Positions 1-11,755 of a DNA stretch of 64,000 bases are shown here, one piece after another (within the stretch, counting starts at the first letter, position 1; each line of letters opens with the position of its first letter). The translations under genes and the position numbers were made by a program. The stretch lies in contig NZ_CP157522.1 in NCBI RefSeq assembly GCF_049075655.1, positions 96,001-160,000 of the forward strand, in the 5' to 3' direction. This DNA comes from Methanothermococcus sp. Ax23 (GTDB lineage Archaea; AGJL01; Methanococci; Methanococcales; Methanococcaceae). The notes under the pieces were generated by a model. That model made no database searches. It was not told the origin of the DNA and saw only the letters and a list, made by a program, of their open reading frames with translations.

Positions 1-2
1 AT

Positions 3-995
3 AAAGAACAGGCGGAAGAAAAAACCACTGAAAGTGTTGAAAAGAAAAAAATTGGATTCTTTGATAAGTTTAAAATAACAAAAACCATAAAAAAAGCCCT
101 TGGTAAGGACGTTGTATTAACTGAGGATGATATAGAAGATGTTTTGGAAGAATTGGAACTGGAATTATTGGAAGCCGATGTTGCCTACGATGTCGTCGAA
201 AAGCTTGTTGAATCATTAAAAAATCAGCTTGTAGGAACAAAAATAACAGCAAAAGATGACCCTGAGGAAGTTACAATAAATGCTCTAAAAAATGCCATAA
301 GAGAAATATTGTCCCAAAAAAATATAGATATATATCAGTTAATTGAGGAGAAGAAAAAATTAAATGAACCTGCTGTGATAGTATTTGTAGGTATAAATGG
401 AACGGGAAAAACCACATCAATATCCAAGCTAGCATATAAATTAAAAGAAAAAGGATATTCTGTGGTTTTAGCAGCAGGTGATACATTTAGAGCTGGGGCA
501 ATTGAACAGCTTGAAGAGCATGCTAAAAATATTGAAGTTAAAGTTATAAAACATCAAAAAGGTGCGGATAGTGCCGCTGTAATATATGATGCAATACAGC
601 ATGCAAAAGCCAGAGGGATAAATGTAGTTTTGGCAGATACTGCTGGAAGACAGGCCACAAATATTAATTTAATGGATGAGATTAGAAAAGTAATAAGAGT
701 AACAAAACCTGATTTGGTTGTATTTGTAGGGGATGCCCTTGCTGGAAACGATGCCATAACTCAGGCCGAAGAATTTAACAATGCTGTGAATATAGATGGT
801 GTAATATTAACAAAAGTAGATGCAGATGCAAAAGGTGGTGCGGCACTATCTATTGCCTATGCCATTGGAAAACCTATTTTATTCTTAGGAGTAGGTCAAA
901 GATATGGGGATTTAGAAGAATTTAATGTGGATTGGATGGTAAATAAATTATTTGGAGATGAAGAAGTTAAATACTCTACTGAGAGAGAGTTCTAA
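3..995 (+). CDS. ftsY: SRP receptor FtsY (5' end outside window)
   Basis: SRP-GTPase motifs [29 protein letters not shown]. The frame is open back to the window start. Confidence 0.95.
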   Translation, partial: KEQAEEKTTESVEKKKIGFFDKFKITKTIKKALGKDVVLTEDDIEDVLEELELELLEADVAYDVVEKLVESLKNQLVGTKITAKDDPEEVTINALKNAIREILSQKNIDIYQLIEEKKKLNEPAVIVFVGINGTGKTTSISKLAYKLKEKGYSVVLAAGDTFRAGAIEQLEEHAKNIEVKVIKHQKGADSAAVIYDAIQHAKARGINVVLADTAGRQATNINLMDEIRKVIRVTKPDLVVFVGDALAGNDAITQAEEFNNAVNIDGVILTKVDADAKGGAALSIAYAIGKPILFLGVGQRYGDLEEFNVDWMVNKLFGDEEVKYSTEREF

Positions 996-1057
996 TAGCA
1001 ATGATAAATAGCAATTAGATGAAAATCATTATATGTTCAATTTTTTAATTTTCGCCA

Positions 1058-1702
1058 TTATTTTTCAATATCCATTTTTAAAACACTATATCCAACATAT
1101 CCAATAGCACAAACTGCCAATGGCTCAAATATTCCAAATACTGCCAAAATCAGCGAAATCGCAAATATTGCCATTCCTATCTTATTTGGATACTTTGGAT
1201 ATTTAATATCGCTTATCATTAATAATCCAAATACTAATGTCAATATTGGAACAATTATATCGGTAAAATTATATCCTATAACATTGGAATATTTTAAAAA
1301 CAATTCACAGATAATGCTTAGAACCAGAGCTCCCGCAGGTATGGGAAGTCCAACAAAATATTTAACATCCAATATACCAAATCTTGCCAACCTCAGAGCT
1401 CCGCATATGAGAAATACCAATGAAGTAATTAAGCTAAATGTTCCTTCGAAATAGTAATAAACTAAATAAGCAGGAGCTACCCCAAAACTAACAACATCAC
1501 AGATACTGTCCAGTTCTGCCCCAAAATCTGACACAGTATTTGTTTTTCTTGCAACATAGCCATCCATAGCATCAAAAACTATTGCTATATATATAAATCT
1601 GAAATCATGAAACAATATGGCAAGCATACCAAAAACAATATTTAAAATAGTTACATAATCCGATATTGTAATAATATCCTTAATTTTAAACATTTTTATC
1701 AT
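1058..1702 (-). CDS. pssA: CDP-alcohol phosphatidyltransferase (archaetidylserine synthase)
   Basis: DAMDGYVAR...FGAELDSICDVVSFGVAP signature, RLARF, GLPIPAG. The start may be 1693. Confidence 0.9.
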   Translation of the reverse strand: MIKMFKIKDIITISDYVTILNIVFGMLAILFHDFRFIYIAIVFDAMDGYVARKTNTVSDFGAELDSICDVVSFGVAPAYLVYYYFEGTFSLITSLVFLICGALRLARFGILDVKYFVGLPIPAGALVLSIICELFLKYSNVIGYNFTDIIVPILTLVFGLLMISDIKYPKYPNKIGMAIFAISLILAVFGIFEPLAVCAIGYVGYSVLKMDIEK

Positions 1703-1818
1703 CTTTTTTTATTTTTATTTTCCTTTTTCTTTTTAGGTTTTAGTCTTACTTTTTTATTTTTATTTTATATTTTTCATATTAAATTTGTTAAAATATATAT
1801 AAAATTATATAAAAATAA

Positions 1819-2388
1819 CTATAACTTTTCATAAAGTCGATTGATACATTCTCTTGATTTTTCAAGCTTCTTATTTCCAATATTTAATAACATTTTTAAA
1901 TAATTATCATCCACTAGGAGCTCACCATTTATGCCTATTGGAACATCCATTTTATATGTGCTTAAAATTTCAACTATTATTCTCCTATCTGTTATGGATT
2001 TTATGGACGATGCCTTTAAACCGTTATGAATTGCAAGTTCGAGAAGTTTTTTGGCATGAAATATATCCTTTGAAGCAACATGTAAAATTGGAGAATTCAT
2101 TACAAAAACCATGGTTTCAAAATCTTCTGATTTTTTGTTAATCGCTTTAAATAATTCTTCTTCGTTGGCATAGTGGTGCCATTTTCCAAGCCATTTTGAA
2201 TATATCTTCGGATTTTTATTCTTTGGAAATTCCATAATTCCGCATCTTCCTATACAGGAGCTCGTTGTATAATAATTTTCCATTTCGTTTATTTTATCCA
2301 CTATGAACATTACCTCTTTATCTACAAAATTGTTTTTTATTGCCTCTTTTAGCTTTTCCATGGTTCTTTTTTTATCTTCTTGAAACAT
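1819..2388 (-). CDS. taw3: tRNA wyosine methyltransferase TYW3/Taw3
   Basis: YYTTSSCIGR, KWHH and PILHV motifs. ATG at 2388 follows a GTGA RBS. Confidence 0.88.
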   Translation of the reverse strand: MFQEDKKRTMEKLKEAIKNNFVDKEVMFIVDKINEMENYYTTSSCIGRCGIMEFPKNKNPKIYSKWLGKWHHYANEEELFKAINKKSEDFETMVFVMNSPILHVASKDIFHAKKLLELAIHNGLKASSIKSITDRRIIVEILSTYKMDVPIGINGELLVDDNYLKMLLNIGNKKLEKSRECINRLYEKL

Positions 2389-2672
2389 GATTTCACTGAT
2401 GTTATTTATCAATTATATTAAAAATTATGAAATTATAATAATAATTGTAATGATGCAATAGTGATATAAAAAATAGCGGTATAATAATGATATAATGCTA
2501 AAAATTGAATTTATAATTTATATTTAAACATACAGCTTATAAAAATTACGCCAGAAATAAATGCAACAATTCCCCCATATACAAGGGTTATTTAGGATGA
2601 TTTGCCATAATATCCCCATATAAAAAAACATTTTTATTTTAATCCCAACCCCATAAAATAAATAATATACAA

Positions 2673-3707
2673 TTAAATAATGATGTCAATAATTTCTCCG
2701 CACTCTGGACATTTTGGAGTTCCTAATGATATATCTAAATTGTTTGTTATTATTGAAAATCCAGTTCTATCAATTAGCAGAGCTCCGCAGTTTGGGCAGT
2801 ATGTATTTTCTCCCCCATGACCTGGGATATTTCCAACATATACATATTTTAAACCTTCTTCCAGTGCCAATTCCCTTGCTTTCACAAGTGTTTCCACAGA
2901 AGTTGGTGGAACATCGGTTAATTTATAATCTGGATAAAATCTCGTAAAATGAAGTGGGGTTTCTTTACCTAATTTGTCCTTCACAAATTCTATTATATAT
3001 CTTATATCTTCCATGTTGTCGTTGTATGATGGTATTATTAAATTGGTTATTTCTACATGGATGCCCAATTTCTTTGCAACGATGCATGTTCTTAATACAG
3101 GTTCCAACTTTGCAGAGCATATTTCCTTATAGAATTTTTCATTGCCTTTTATATCTATATTCATGGCGTCTATTTTCAAATGTTTAAGGGGCTCCTCTTC
3201 TATATACCCATTTGTTACCATTACATTATATAATCCCTTTTCCCTTGCAATATTTGTTGTATCATGCATAATTTCATAAAAAATCGTTGGTTCTGTGTAG
3301 GTATATGCTATTCCATCGCATTTATATTTTAAAGTAGTTTCTACAATATCTTTGGGGTATATTTCATTATATGGGAGTTCATCCGGTGGAAACTGGCTTA
3401 TCTGCCAATTTTGACAGTGTTTGCATCTAAAATTGCAACCTCCTGTGGCAATTGAAAACACGGATGAACCTGGGTAAAAATGAAATAGTGGTTTTTTCTC
3501 TATGGGGTCAATTGCAGCAGAACAAATCTTTCCATAGTTCATAGCATACAATATCCCCCGTATATTTTCTCTCCCCCTACAAAATCCTCTTTTCCCCTCA
3601 GGTATTATACAGTGCCTTGGGCACAGGTTACATTTAATTTTATTATCTCCCATGGACTCATAAAACATTGCCTCATGAAGTTTTGATTGCATAATTTTAG
3701 CCCCCAT
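2673..3707 (-). CDS. amrS: AmmeMemoRadiSam-system radical SAM enzyme (PflA-like)
   Basis: N-terminal CxxCPRxC, DPIEKKPLFHF, CNFRCKHCQNW radical SAM motif, C-terminal CPNC/CPEC. Confidence 0.88.
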   Translation of the reverse strand: MGAKIMQSKLHEAMFYESMGDNKIKCNLCPRHCIIPEGKRGFCRGRENIRGILYAMNYGKICSAAIDPIEKKPLFHFYPGSSVFSIATGGCNFRCKHCQNWQISQFPPDELPYNEIYPKDIVETTLKYKCDGIAYTYTEPTIFYEIMHDTTNIAREKGLYNVMVTNGYIEEEPLKHLKIDAMNIDIKGNEKFYKEICSAKLEPVLRTCIVAKKLGIHVEITNLIIPSYNDNMEDIRYIIEFVKDKLGKETPLHFTRFYPDYKLTDVPPTSVETLVKARELALEEGLKYVYVGNIPGHGGENTYCPNCGALLIDRTGFSIITNNLDISLGTPKCPECGEIIDIII

Positions 3708-4233
3708 TTTTTAAATAATCCGCTACATTAAATATTTCAGTGATTTCCATAAGAACCTTGTTGTTATATATTATATTATACGTTCTTTGAGGTAGTGCCT
3801 TTTTATCTGTTTTAAGGTATGATTTGACCGTATCATCTATTTCTTTATAGTCGATATTCCTAATCTCCCTTCGCGTTTCCAAATTATGGATTTTTAATAT
3901 CTTTCCGATAGGTATGTCCGCAGATAATAAGTCTTTTTTTATATTTTTTCTTACATTGTCATCATTGATATTTTTGAGGGGAATTTTTGAAGTTGCATAC
4001 ACCACAGGAATTTCCTTAATTTTAAGTATAACGCTTCTATAATTTACATTGTTTATTATCTCTTGATATATGGTTTTTACAACAACCTCATCATTGAATA
4101 ATATCTCTAAAATGTTTGTGATGCTTCCATCAGTTCCAAGAAGTATTTTTTCTTCATTTCTAAGGGGATATTTTTTTGAAAGTTCATTTATCACTTTATA
4201 TGGCTTTATTATCATGTCTGCCATTATTAACAC
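3697..4233 (-). CDS. DUF98 / chorismate lyase-like protein
   Basis: LLGTDGSIT and DIPIGKIL..HNLETRREI motifs. Confidence 0.75.
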   Translation of the reverse strand: MLIMADMIIKPYKVINELSKKYPLRNEEKILLGTDGSITNILEILFNDEVVVKTIYQEIINNVNYRSVILKIKEIPVVYATSKIPLKNINDDNVRKNIKKDLLSADIPIGKILKIHNLETRREIRNIDYKEIDDTVKSYLKTDKKALPQRTYNIIYNNKVLMEITEIFNVADYLKNGG

Positions 4234-4279
4234 TCTTATTAGTTATTTTAGGATTATGAAATTACTGATTTACTGCACA

Positions 4280-4939
4280 TTACTGGCTGGTGGTTTCTTC
4301 TGTTTTTTCTGCATCTTCTGTTTTACTTTCTTTTTCTTCTTTTTCCTTTCTTTTCTCTTTATTGGGCTCCTTTAATTTTCGATACAATTCCCTGGATTTT
4401 TCTTTTAATTTATTTATTTGAGAATATACTTCCATTAACTTTTGATGACTTTCTGCACTTATTTTCGCATGTTCAAGAACCTTCTCATGTTCTTCTGCTG
4501 ATTTTTTAACGAATTCTGAAATTTCCTCTGAAATCTCGGCTATTTTTTTGTTTAGTTGGTCAATAATATTGCTTTTTTCAAGAAGCTTTTTATAGGATTC
4601 AATCTCAGCTACGAGCTCCCTCTCTTTCTCCAAAGATGGACATTTAGTTTCAATTATTGTTTCCAGTTGCTGTATTTTTTGGTTTATTGAATCTTTATTT
4701 ACTTTCAATTCCTTAAATTCGGTTAATAATTCTCCCCTTTCTTTTTTTAGATTTCTTATAAGTTCTATTTTTTCTTTAACTATTTTATTAATGCTTTCTC
4801 TTTTTTCTTTATGTGATTTTACCGCTTCATTTGCATTATTTCTTTTTTCCTTTATTTCTTCTGCCTTTTCATAGAGCTCTTTTATTTTAGTATTTAGATT
4901 TTCTATTTCTTTTTTTATGTTGGTAGTTTCCATTTTCAC
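4280..4939 (-). CDS. Archaeal coiled-coil protein
   Basis: K/E-rich heptad pattern along the whole length, co-oriented downstream of serB. Confidence 0.75.
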   Translation of the reverse strand: MKMETTNIKKEIENLNTKIKELYEKAEEIKEKRNNANEAVKSHKEKRESINKIVKEKIELIRNLKKERGELLTEFKELKVNKDSINQKIQQLETIIETKCPSLEKERELVAEIESYKKLLEKSNIIDQLNKKIAEISEEISEFVKKSAEEHEKVLEHAKISAESHQKLMEVYSQINKLKEKSRELYRKLKEPNKEKRKEKEEKESKTEDAEKTEETTSQ

Positions 4940-5028
4940 ACCCTAAATTTGTGAATACGATATACTATATTCACATTAATATATAAATATTTTTAGATTT
5001 GAACCTAAGGTTAAAATATATCTTTATT

Positions 5029-5661
5029 TTATACATATTTTAGAATCTCCCTCAAATCCTTTTTTTCTACGCAAATATCTGCATTTTTCTTTAATATGTC
5101 CTTTGCACAAAATGCTATTTTAAAACCCGCTTTTTTAAACATGCTTATGTCATTTGCACCATCCCCAACAACTACGGTGTCTTTTAAATCGATGCCTTCT
5201 TTTTTTGCTATTTCTTCTAAGAGCTCCCCCTTTGCATGTGAGCTCATTATTGGACCTATCACTTCCCCAGTTAATTTTCCATCTTTTGTTATAAGTTCAT
5301 TTGAATAGGCATAGTCAAGACCAAGGATATCCTTTATTCGGTCTGTTGCCACGGTGAAACCCCCGCTTACAACTCCTGTTATATACCCTCTTTTTTTAAG
5401 TTCCTTAATTGTTTCTTCCGCTCCTTTTGTCAATTTTAAATTTGAAACTAAATCCATTATTTTTTCCATAGGAAGACCTTTTAAAAGTGATACTCTTTTT
5501 CTCAGAGATTCCTCAAAATTCAATTTTCCATTCATAGCATCCCTTGTTATTTTTTCTACTTCATCTCCAACACCTGCCAGCTTCGCTATTTCGTCGATTG
5601 TTTCACAGTCGATTAATGTGCTGTCCAAATCAAATAAAATAAGCTTCTTTTTATTATTCAT
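5029..5661 (-). CDS. serB: Phosphoserine phosphatase
   Basis: HAD motifs FDLDSTL, VSGGF, GDGAND. Confidence 0.93.
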   Translation of the reverse strand: MNNKKKLILFDLDSTLIDCETIDEIAKLAGVGDEVEKITRDAMNGKLNFEESLRKRVSLLKGLPMEKIMDLVSNLKLTKGAEETIKELKKRGYITGVVSGGFTVATDRIKDILGLDYAYSNELITKDGKLTGEVIGPIMSSHAKGELLEEIAKKEGIDLKDTVVVGDGANDISMFKKAGFKIAFCAKDILKKNADICVEKKDLREILKYV

Positions 5662-5721
5662 TTAATCACCGTATAATTATTATATTTATTAATATGGTTT
5701 AATTATACCAATCTATTTGGT

Positions 5722-6498
5722 TTAAATCTTAAAGATATTGTAAATTAGTTGTTTATATACCTCAATTATAGCCTGTATTATGTTTAAATTATTATATTTT
5801 GCATACTCATATATAAGCCAGTCCAATGGCTCCAAAGATGCCGCAATTCCAATGAATATAAATATCATTACAATTTTCAATATATCAACCAAGTTTATAA
5901 ATTGTTTTTTATTTTTTCCTTTTTTCTCATTTTTATGTTCTCCACTTATTATTGGTAGGATTTTATCTGCTATTGTGATGCCCATTACTGCTGAAAGTGC
6001 AAATCCTGCAAATTCAAAAATACCGTGGGGTAGTATTATCAGTATGTCCTTAATATTAATTCCATAACCTACAATGCCAGTTAATGGATTTATCACAACT
6101 ATGGTATAAAATAAAATCATGGCATTTAAATAATCTTCAAAGGAGCTCCTATTATTTGCTATGTCTTTTTTATATAAGTATGCCACAAGGGAGAACGCCA
6201 ATAATATTACCGTGCATGCCATAGAATTGTTTATAAAATATGACAAGGATATTGATAAATAATTATATCCCATATAAGATGAAACTGCACCTGATATAAC
6301 TTCAAATTTTTGAGAAGCAATATCTCCTGCGGCACTTACTGCATTTCCAACAAAAAGGAAATATAATATTTTAGAAAAAAGAATCATGGAAAAAAATCCG
6401 CACCAGCACCCGACATATGTTATAAAAAATTTCTTCAAAAAACTTAATTTTAAAAAATATTTAAATGTATTTTGTAAAAACTTAATTGCATTTTGCAT
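5722..6498 (-). CDS. SpoIIM/DUF95-family membrane protein
   Basis: Multiple hydrophobic segments and ILPHGIFE motif. ATG at 6498 follows GGAG. Confidence 0.75.
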   Translation of the reverse strand: MQNAIKFLQNTFKYFLKLSFLKKFFITYVGCWCGFFSMILFSKILYFLFVGNAVSAAGDIASQKFEVISGAVSSYMGYNYLSISLSYFINNSMACTVILLAFSLVAYLYKKDIANNRSSFEDYLNAMILFYTIVVINPLTGIVGYGINIKDILIILPHGIFEFAGFALSAVMGITIADKILPIISGEHKNEKKGKNKKQFINLVDILKIVMIFIFIGIAASLEPLDWLIYEYAKYNNLNIIQAIIEVYKQLIYNIFKI

Positions 6499-6499
6499 G

Positions 6500-8221
6500 T
6501 TAGCTCCCTTTAAAGAATTTATCATATTTTTCAATATCGTCCTTTTTAGGTTCCATATTTCCATAATATACCTTTTCGAAGATTTTTGTTATAGTTTTCA
6601 AACCTTTTATATTACTATACCTTCTACATATTTCTCTCGGAGTTAGGGATTTTTGAATATTTAACCTATGTATAAAAGAGGAATATGTTCTAATTATTCC
6701 TTCAACATATTTTTTATTAGATATATATTTTTCAAATTCCAAATAGATGCCTTTTATCTTCAATGCCTCAATTGCATCGTGGATAATTCCTTCATCCTCC
6801 TCAGCAGCCATGTCCTTCATGTCCCTACGTCTCTGTATTCTATATATTATTAAAACCAGCAATAAGACAACCGCCATAAAACTTAGAATATAACCATTAT
6901 TATTGCTATTGAATATGAGCATAATATTCTTATCTTTAATTAACTTCTTTGAGGATGGCTTATATTTAGAATCCCCTTTAAAAAATATATGACACTCATC
7001 ATGGGCATTATTTGACATATTAAATTCAAAACTACCATTTCTCGTCTTTGAAATATATGTTTTGTTATCCATTTCTAAATAAATATCTTTATTGTTTAAT
7101 AAATTATTGTCTTTATCAAATAACTTCCCAATTATTTTATTACCCTCATAATTTGCAGTTATATATGTTGGAATCCTTACAAAACTTATAGTAGCTGTTT
7201 TTTTGGATTTATTGTATATACTATTCCCTTTATATTCAATATTTACGGTAATATTTTTTTCCACGTTTGATTTGATATTTAGATTTAAAGGAGCTCTCAT
7301 GTTTTTATGGGTGTCTAGATAGTCAATATATACATTATCTTTTAGTTTATTTCCGTAATAATCGCATAACTCTATTTTTAAGTTTGCATCGTTGCCAACA
7401 TATTTTTTATTTTCATAAATTACATTGATATGCGTTGGAATCTTTAAACAAGATATTTTTAGCATGTTTGAAGTTCCTGATGGTGATGTTGCATAAAATA
7501 CATGATTTCCAAGTTTATCTATCAAAAATGTTTTTGAGAAACTATTATTTTCCAATTTAATATTATAGGATATGTTATTATGATAAAGAGTTATTGAATC
7601 TATCGGAGCTCCCCTATTTTTAATATATCCATATATTGTTATTTCAGAATTTATAAAAACAGTACTACTGTCCGAATATATAACAAATCCTTCTGGTGCA
7701 ATTTTGTTTAGCTTATTGGAGTATAATTCAGTATCTTTTAATAGTATGTTGATATCACTTCTAACCTTTGAAGTATCAAATTTTAAGATATTTCCGTCCC
7801 TGTCTTTTAAGGTTATTTTATCTATCTTATTTAATGAATCATTTAAAACTATTAAACTACTATGAACATTTTTTAAAGATGTTTTAAAAATTATATAATT
7901 GCTGGAATTTTCAACATCACTATATTCTACCATATCATTGTAATTTACCATAATATTATTGATAGAATTGTAAAATTGCTCAAAAACAGGTGCGATGTTT
8001 AAAAGTTTATGACTCACATTGTGCTTTTTTAAATCTTCTGAAACATTGAAAACATTGGCAGATAGGAGCTCTGCTTTATTATTGTCCATTAATGTATTTA
8101 AATTATCATGACCATTGTCGATAAGGTTTTGAAAATAATTATACATTATTTCATCCCCAACCCCGTCACCATATGCCACCGGACATAAAAACAGAATAAT
8201 TAAAAGTATGTAACTTTTCAT
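6500..8221 (-). CDS. Secreted, membrane-anchored Ig-like protein with C-terminal DUF4129-like domain
   Basis: Signal peptide, beta-rich repeats (YKGNSIY, FKGDSKY), TM helix, then SLTPREI...FEKVYYG. Confidence 0.65.
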   Translation of the reverse strand: MKSYILLIILFLCPVAYGDGVGDEIMYNYFQNLIDNGHDNLNTLMDNNKAELLSANVFNVSEDLKKHNVSHKLLNIAPVFEQFYNSINNIMVNYNDMVEYSDVENSSNYIIFKTSLKNVHSSLIVLNDSLNKIDKITLKDRDGNILKFDTSKVRSDINILLKDTELYSNKLNKIAPEGFVIYSDSSTVFINSEITIYGYIKNRGAPIDSITLYHNNISYNIKLENNSFSKTFLIDKLGNHVFYATSPSGTSNMLKISCLKIPTHINVIYENKKYVGNDANLKIELCDYYGNKLKDNVYIDYLDTHKNMRAPLNLNIKSNVEKNITVNIEYKGNSIYNKSKKTATISFVRIPTYITANYEGNKIIGKLFDKDNNLLNNKDIYLEMDNKTYISKTRNGSFEFNMSNNAHDECHIFFKGDSKYKPSSKKLIKDKNIMLIFNSNNNGYILSFMAVVLLLVLIIYRIQRRRDMKDMAAEEDEGIIHDAIEALKIKGIYLEFEKYISNKKYVEGIIRTYSSFIHRLNIQKSLTPREICRRYSNIKGLKTITKIFEKVYYGNMEPKKDDIEKYDKFFKGS

Positions 8222-8362
8222 TGCAACACCTGATATAAAGGGATATTCGTCATACTATGATATTTAAATAGTGATAAAGTTAATATATAATAAAATTATA
8301 TAAATACATTGTGTATATGCAATAGAATTTAACATATCAAATAAAAATGTGGGAGGATAATT

Positions 8363-11300
8363 ATGAAGGCCTATTCCATACTGCTATCTTTGATAATGAT
8401 TCTAGGGGCATTACCCCTAGGTTTTGCCTCAGAAACTACTGAAAATGTAGCAGTTGTAGTATCTACCCCAGCAGATGCCATTGTTGCAGCACCATACGCC
8501 AAAGCAATGGGATACAAGCTGGTATATACGCCAACAGATGAATTATCAGATGATGCAAAAAGAGAGCTCGAAAGAAATAATATTAACAAGGTAATAATTG
8601 TCGGTGGTCCAGTTGCAGTTAGCAACAGTGTGGAAAACCAGATAAATAAATTACATATAAATATTAAAAGAGTTTGGGGGGAGACTAGAATAGAAACTTC
8701 CCAAAAAATGTATGAATTGATTAAAGAAGAAAAGCCAGAGATGGTAAACAATATTGTAGTTGCAGAGGGGTTTAATGAAAAAATAATCCCTGTGGCAGTG
8801 AGCTTCGGAGCTCCTGTGGTGTACTATGGATTAGATAAAGATGATGAAGTAGCAAATTTATTAAAAACTGCAAAACCAGAAAATGCAGTAATTCTTGGTA
8901 GCAAAATTCCAAAAATAATAACAAACACTGTATCAGGATATGCAAAAAACACAATAATTGCATCAGGTAGTGACGATTCAGTTATAAAAACCGCATTAGC
9001 ATATGTTCCAAGAATAAATCCAAATGCTGAAAACAAAGATGTTGCAGTAGTTTATGCGGAAAAAACCAACAATCCAATATTGGATGCAGTAGTAAGCTTT
9101 GTTAATGGTTATGTTGGTGCAATAGCTCCAATTCCAGTATCAAAAGAAGATATGGTAAATAAAATAATTTCAAAACTTACATTTGCATCAGGGGTTTCAG
9201 TTTCAAGTGATAGCACATCAATGTCAAATATAATATCAAATATCGCAAGTAAAGCTGGGTTATCCTCTACTTCAATGATAAGCAGGCCATCAGGAGGAGG
9301 CGGAGGAACAACAACGACTCCAACAACACCAGTAGATAATAAACCAGTGATAAATAACTTTACAGTTTCAATTGATGGATTGGATACAACATTTACTATA
9401 AATGTAAGTGATGATAATGGATTAAAAAAGATTGTATTAAAATATGGTGATGGAACAGAGAAAGAAGAAACTATTTCAGGAACATCATATAATGAAACCA
9501 TTAAAACAAATTACCACATGCAAGGAAAATATACTGCAACATTGGTTGTATATGATGACAATGGACAGCAATCTACCAAATCCATAGTGGTAAATTTGAA
9601 ATACTTTGATGTAAATCCTGAATATATTTCAAAAATTAGAGGAAATGTGGATGAATACATTCCAATAATAATTACAAACTATCAAGATAATAACATAACA
9701 ATAACCACTACAAATACTACTACAAATGCAAATCTTACAGTTTCAACAAATGGAAGTCTAACAATCTATGCAAATTCACAAAATACGACCACTTGCATAA
9801 TTAAAAATACATCGGCATTAGCATCTGGAAAATCATACCAAGCAAAAATTACCTTTGCTTTAAATAGTCATCCAGAAATAAACAAGACCTTTGTATTTGA
9901 CATTGCAGTTCCAAAACAAGAAACCATAACCACTACGGGAAACAGTAGTGTTTCATTGCAAATTGTAAATACAACTGATGCAGGAACTACAAGTATCACA
10001 ATTGATGACAATGCTACAAACAATGCATTTATTGTAAATACAGCCGTAGGAAGTAAATCAATAGACATTATAATACCAACAAAAAATACCTCAGATACAT
10101 CTACAATAGAAAATACAACAATTCACTTAGAAAACATTAAAGATGCATTAGATAGAGCAGAAGAAATTCAAAATACTTCAACATTAACGGAAGAGCTCAT
10201 AAAACCAGTAGTAATTGCAAGTAAGGATGTGGAAAATGTATCAGTCTATGTTAAAAACATTACCATTGATGATGATACAAATGAAACAACAATAAACACA
10301 GAAATTAAATTCGAAAACACAACAGACACCTATGTTGTAATTGCCATACCTGTTGGTAATACCTCAGTAAGCGAAGTTTATAAAGAAGGATTGGGAACTA
10401 TTCCAGAATATGATAGCAATGCAGACCAGACCAACTACTTCAAATACGATGCAACAAATGGTATTTTAACATTATTCATGAAGGAAGACCCATTCGTGCA
10501 AATTAAATTAAAAGTAAATGCAGTAAATAACAGACCAGTTATATCAATGGATAACCCAGTTATAAACGGATTAAGTGTAGCAATAAATGCATCAAAATCA
10601 TACGACCCAGAAAATAAAACTTTAACATACAAATGGTTAGCACCAGGCAGTCAAAGCATTTACCCCGACAACAGTTGCGAATCAGTAGTTATTACATATC
10701 CAGCAGATGGAACTTACAACATCACATTAACTATATCAGATGGAGTATATGAAGTTTCAAAAGTAATAACAGTTAAACCAAAATTGGCAGTAAAAGTTGT
10801 AGCAAATGGAAAAACTGTTGGATTTGTAGGGCAGAATGATAGCACATTATCAATTACAGGAACAGAAACATTAAACCTACCAAACATAACAGCAAATGTA
10901 AATGTTGTAGATAAAAAAGATACTTCAAAAGGTGTAGAAATATACTTTAAAGATAATGAAAGTGTAGAATCAGTAATAGAAGCAATGAACAATTTCAATA
11001 CAGTATCCTATAATGGAGACACCATTACAATAAATTACAGCAATATTTACATGACTGGAAATAATGTTTCACTTTCAATAATAAGCAGTAGGAGCTCATT
11101 TAGAGATGCAGTTAATAAACTACTTAACGGAAATGCAACAGATTTAATAAATCTCTTGCATGAAAACTATGAAGGCACTGCAACAGTATTAAACGGTGTA
11201 GCAACCTTTAACATCACTGCAAATGACTCCAACGCAGATTACATTGTAGTAATTACAAACGGAAACATGATTACACCAGATAGCAACAATGTAAATGTCC

Positions 11301-11755
11301 TTGCAATAGGCGGATTTGAAGTAATGAAATACAACATGACATTGACTTACAATGGAACAGACATGTTTAATACTACAACATACATCATATCATTAAACGA
11401 CACGCCAACAAATAATACTGTAAGATATGGATTGGCAATGATCAATAAAAATGTAGGAATAACACTAAATGTAGTGGGAACAAATCCAAATAATAATTTA
11501 TTCAATGTCACAGTAGTTGGGAATAGTGGAAGCGAAATTGTTGTAGAAAACAATGATTTCATAACATTAAGTGCATCAAAAATAAATGACATAATAGGAA
11601 CGATATATACGCCAGATACTGCATCAGCAACATACAGTCCAGTTACAACCAACAGCACAGTTTCATTAGACCTCAATAATGTATCTGATAGCTATGTGAT
11701 AGGAATAGCCTACGATACAGTAGATAAAAAGATTGTTGCAGTAGAACAGCAATAA
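8363..11755 (+). CDS. Large surface protein with cell-wall-binding repeat 2 (CWB2)-like N-terminus and PKD/Ig-like domains
   Basis: Signal peptide; VIIVGGPVAVS..RVWGETRIETS (CWB2-like); GGGGGTTTTPTTP linker; YGDGT and SYDPEN..YKW PKD motifs; many N-x-S/T sequons. Confidence 0.75.
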   Translation: MKAYSILLSLIMILGALPLGFASETTENVAVVVSTPADAIVAAPYAKAMGYKLVYTPTDELSDDAKRELERNNINKVIIVGGPVAVSNSVENQINKLHINIKRVWGETRIETSQKMYELIKEEKPEMVNNIVVAEGFNEKIIPVAVSFGAPVVYYGLDKDDEVANLLKTAKPENAVILGSKIPKIITNTVSGYAKNTIIASGSDDSVIKTALAYVPRINPNAENKDVAVVYAEKTNNPILDAVVSFVNGYVGAIAPIPVSKEDMVNKIISKLTFASGVSVSSDSTSMSNIISNIASKAGLSSTSMISRPSGGGGGTTTTPTTPVDNKPVINNFTVSIDGLDTTFTINVSDDNGLKKIVLKYGDGTEKEETISGTSYNETIKTNYHMQGKYTATLVVYDDNGQQSTKSIVVNLKYFDVNPEYISKIRGNVDEYIPIIITNYQDNNITITTTNTTTNANLTVSTNGSLTIYANSQNTTTCIIKNTSALASGKSYQAKITFALNSHPEINKTFVFDIAVPKQETITTTGNSSVSLQIVNTTDAGTTSITIDDNATNNAFIVNTAVGSKSIDIIIPTKNTSDTSTIENTTIHLENIKDALDRAEEIQNTSTLTEELIKPVVIASKDVENVSVYVKNITIDDDTNETTINTEIKFENTTDTYVVIAIPVGNTSVSEVYKEGLGTIPEYDSNADQTNYFKYDATNGILTLFMKEDPFVQIKLKVNAVNNRPVISMDNPVINGLSVAINASKSYDPENKTLTYKWLAPGSQSIYPDNSCESVVITYPADGTYNITLTISDGVYEVSKVITVKPKLAVKVVANGKTVGFVGQNDSTLSITGTETLNLPNITANVNVVDKKDTSKGVEIYFKDNESVESVIEAMNNFNTVSYNGDTITINYSNIYMTGNNVSLSIISSRSSFRDAVNKLLNGNATDLINLLHENYEGTATVLNGVATFNITANDSNADYIVVITNGNMITPDSNNVNVLAIGGFEVMKYNMTLTYNGTDMFNTTTYIISLNDTPTNNTVRYGLAMINKNVGITLNVVGTNPNNNLFNVTVVGNSGSEIVVENNDFITLSASKINDIIGTIYTPDTASATYSPVTTNSTVSLDLNNVSDSYVIGIAYDTVDKKIVAVEQQ

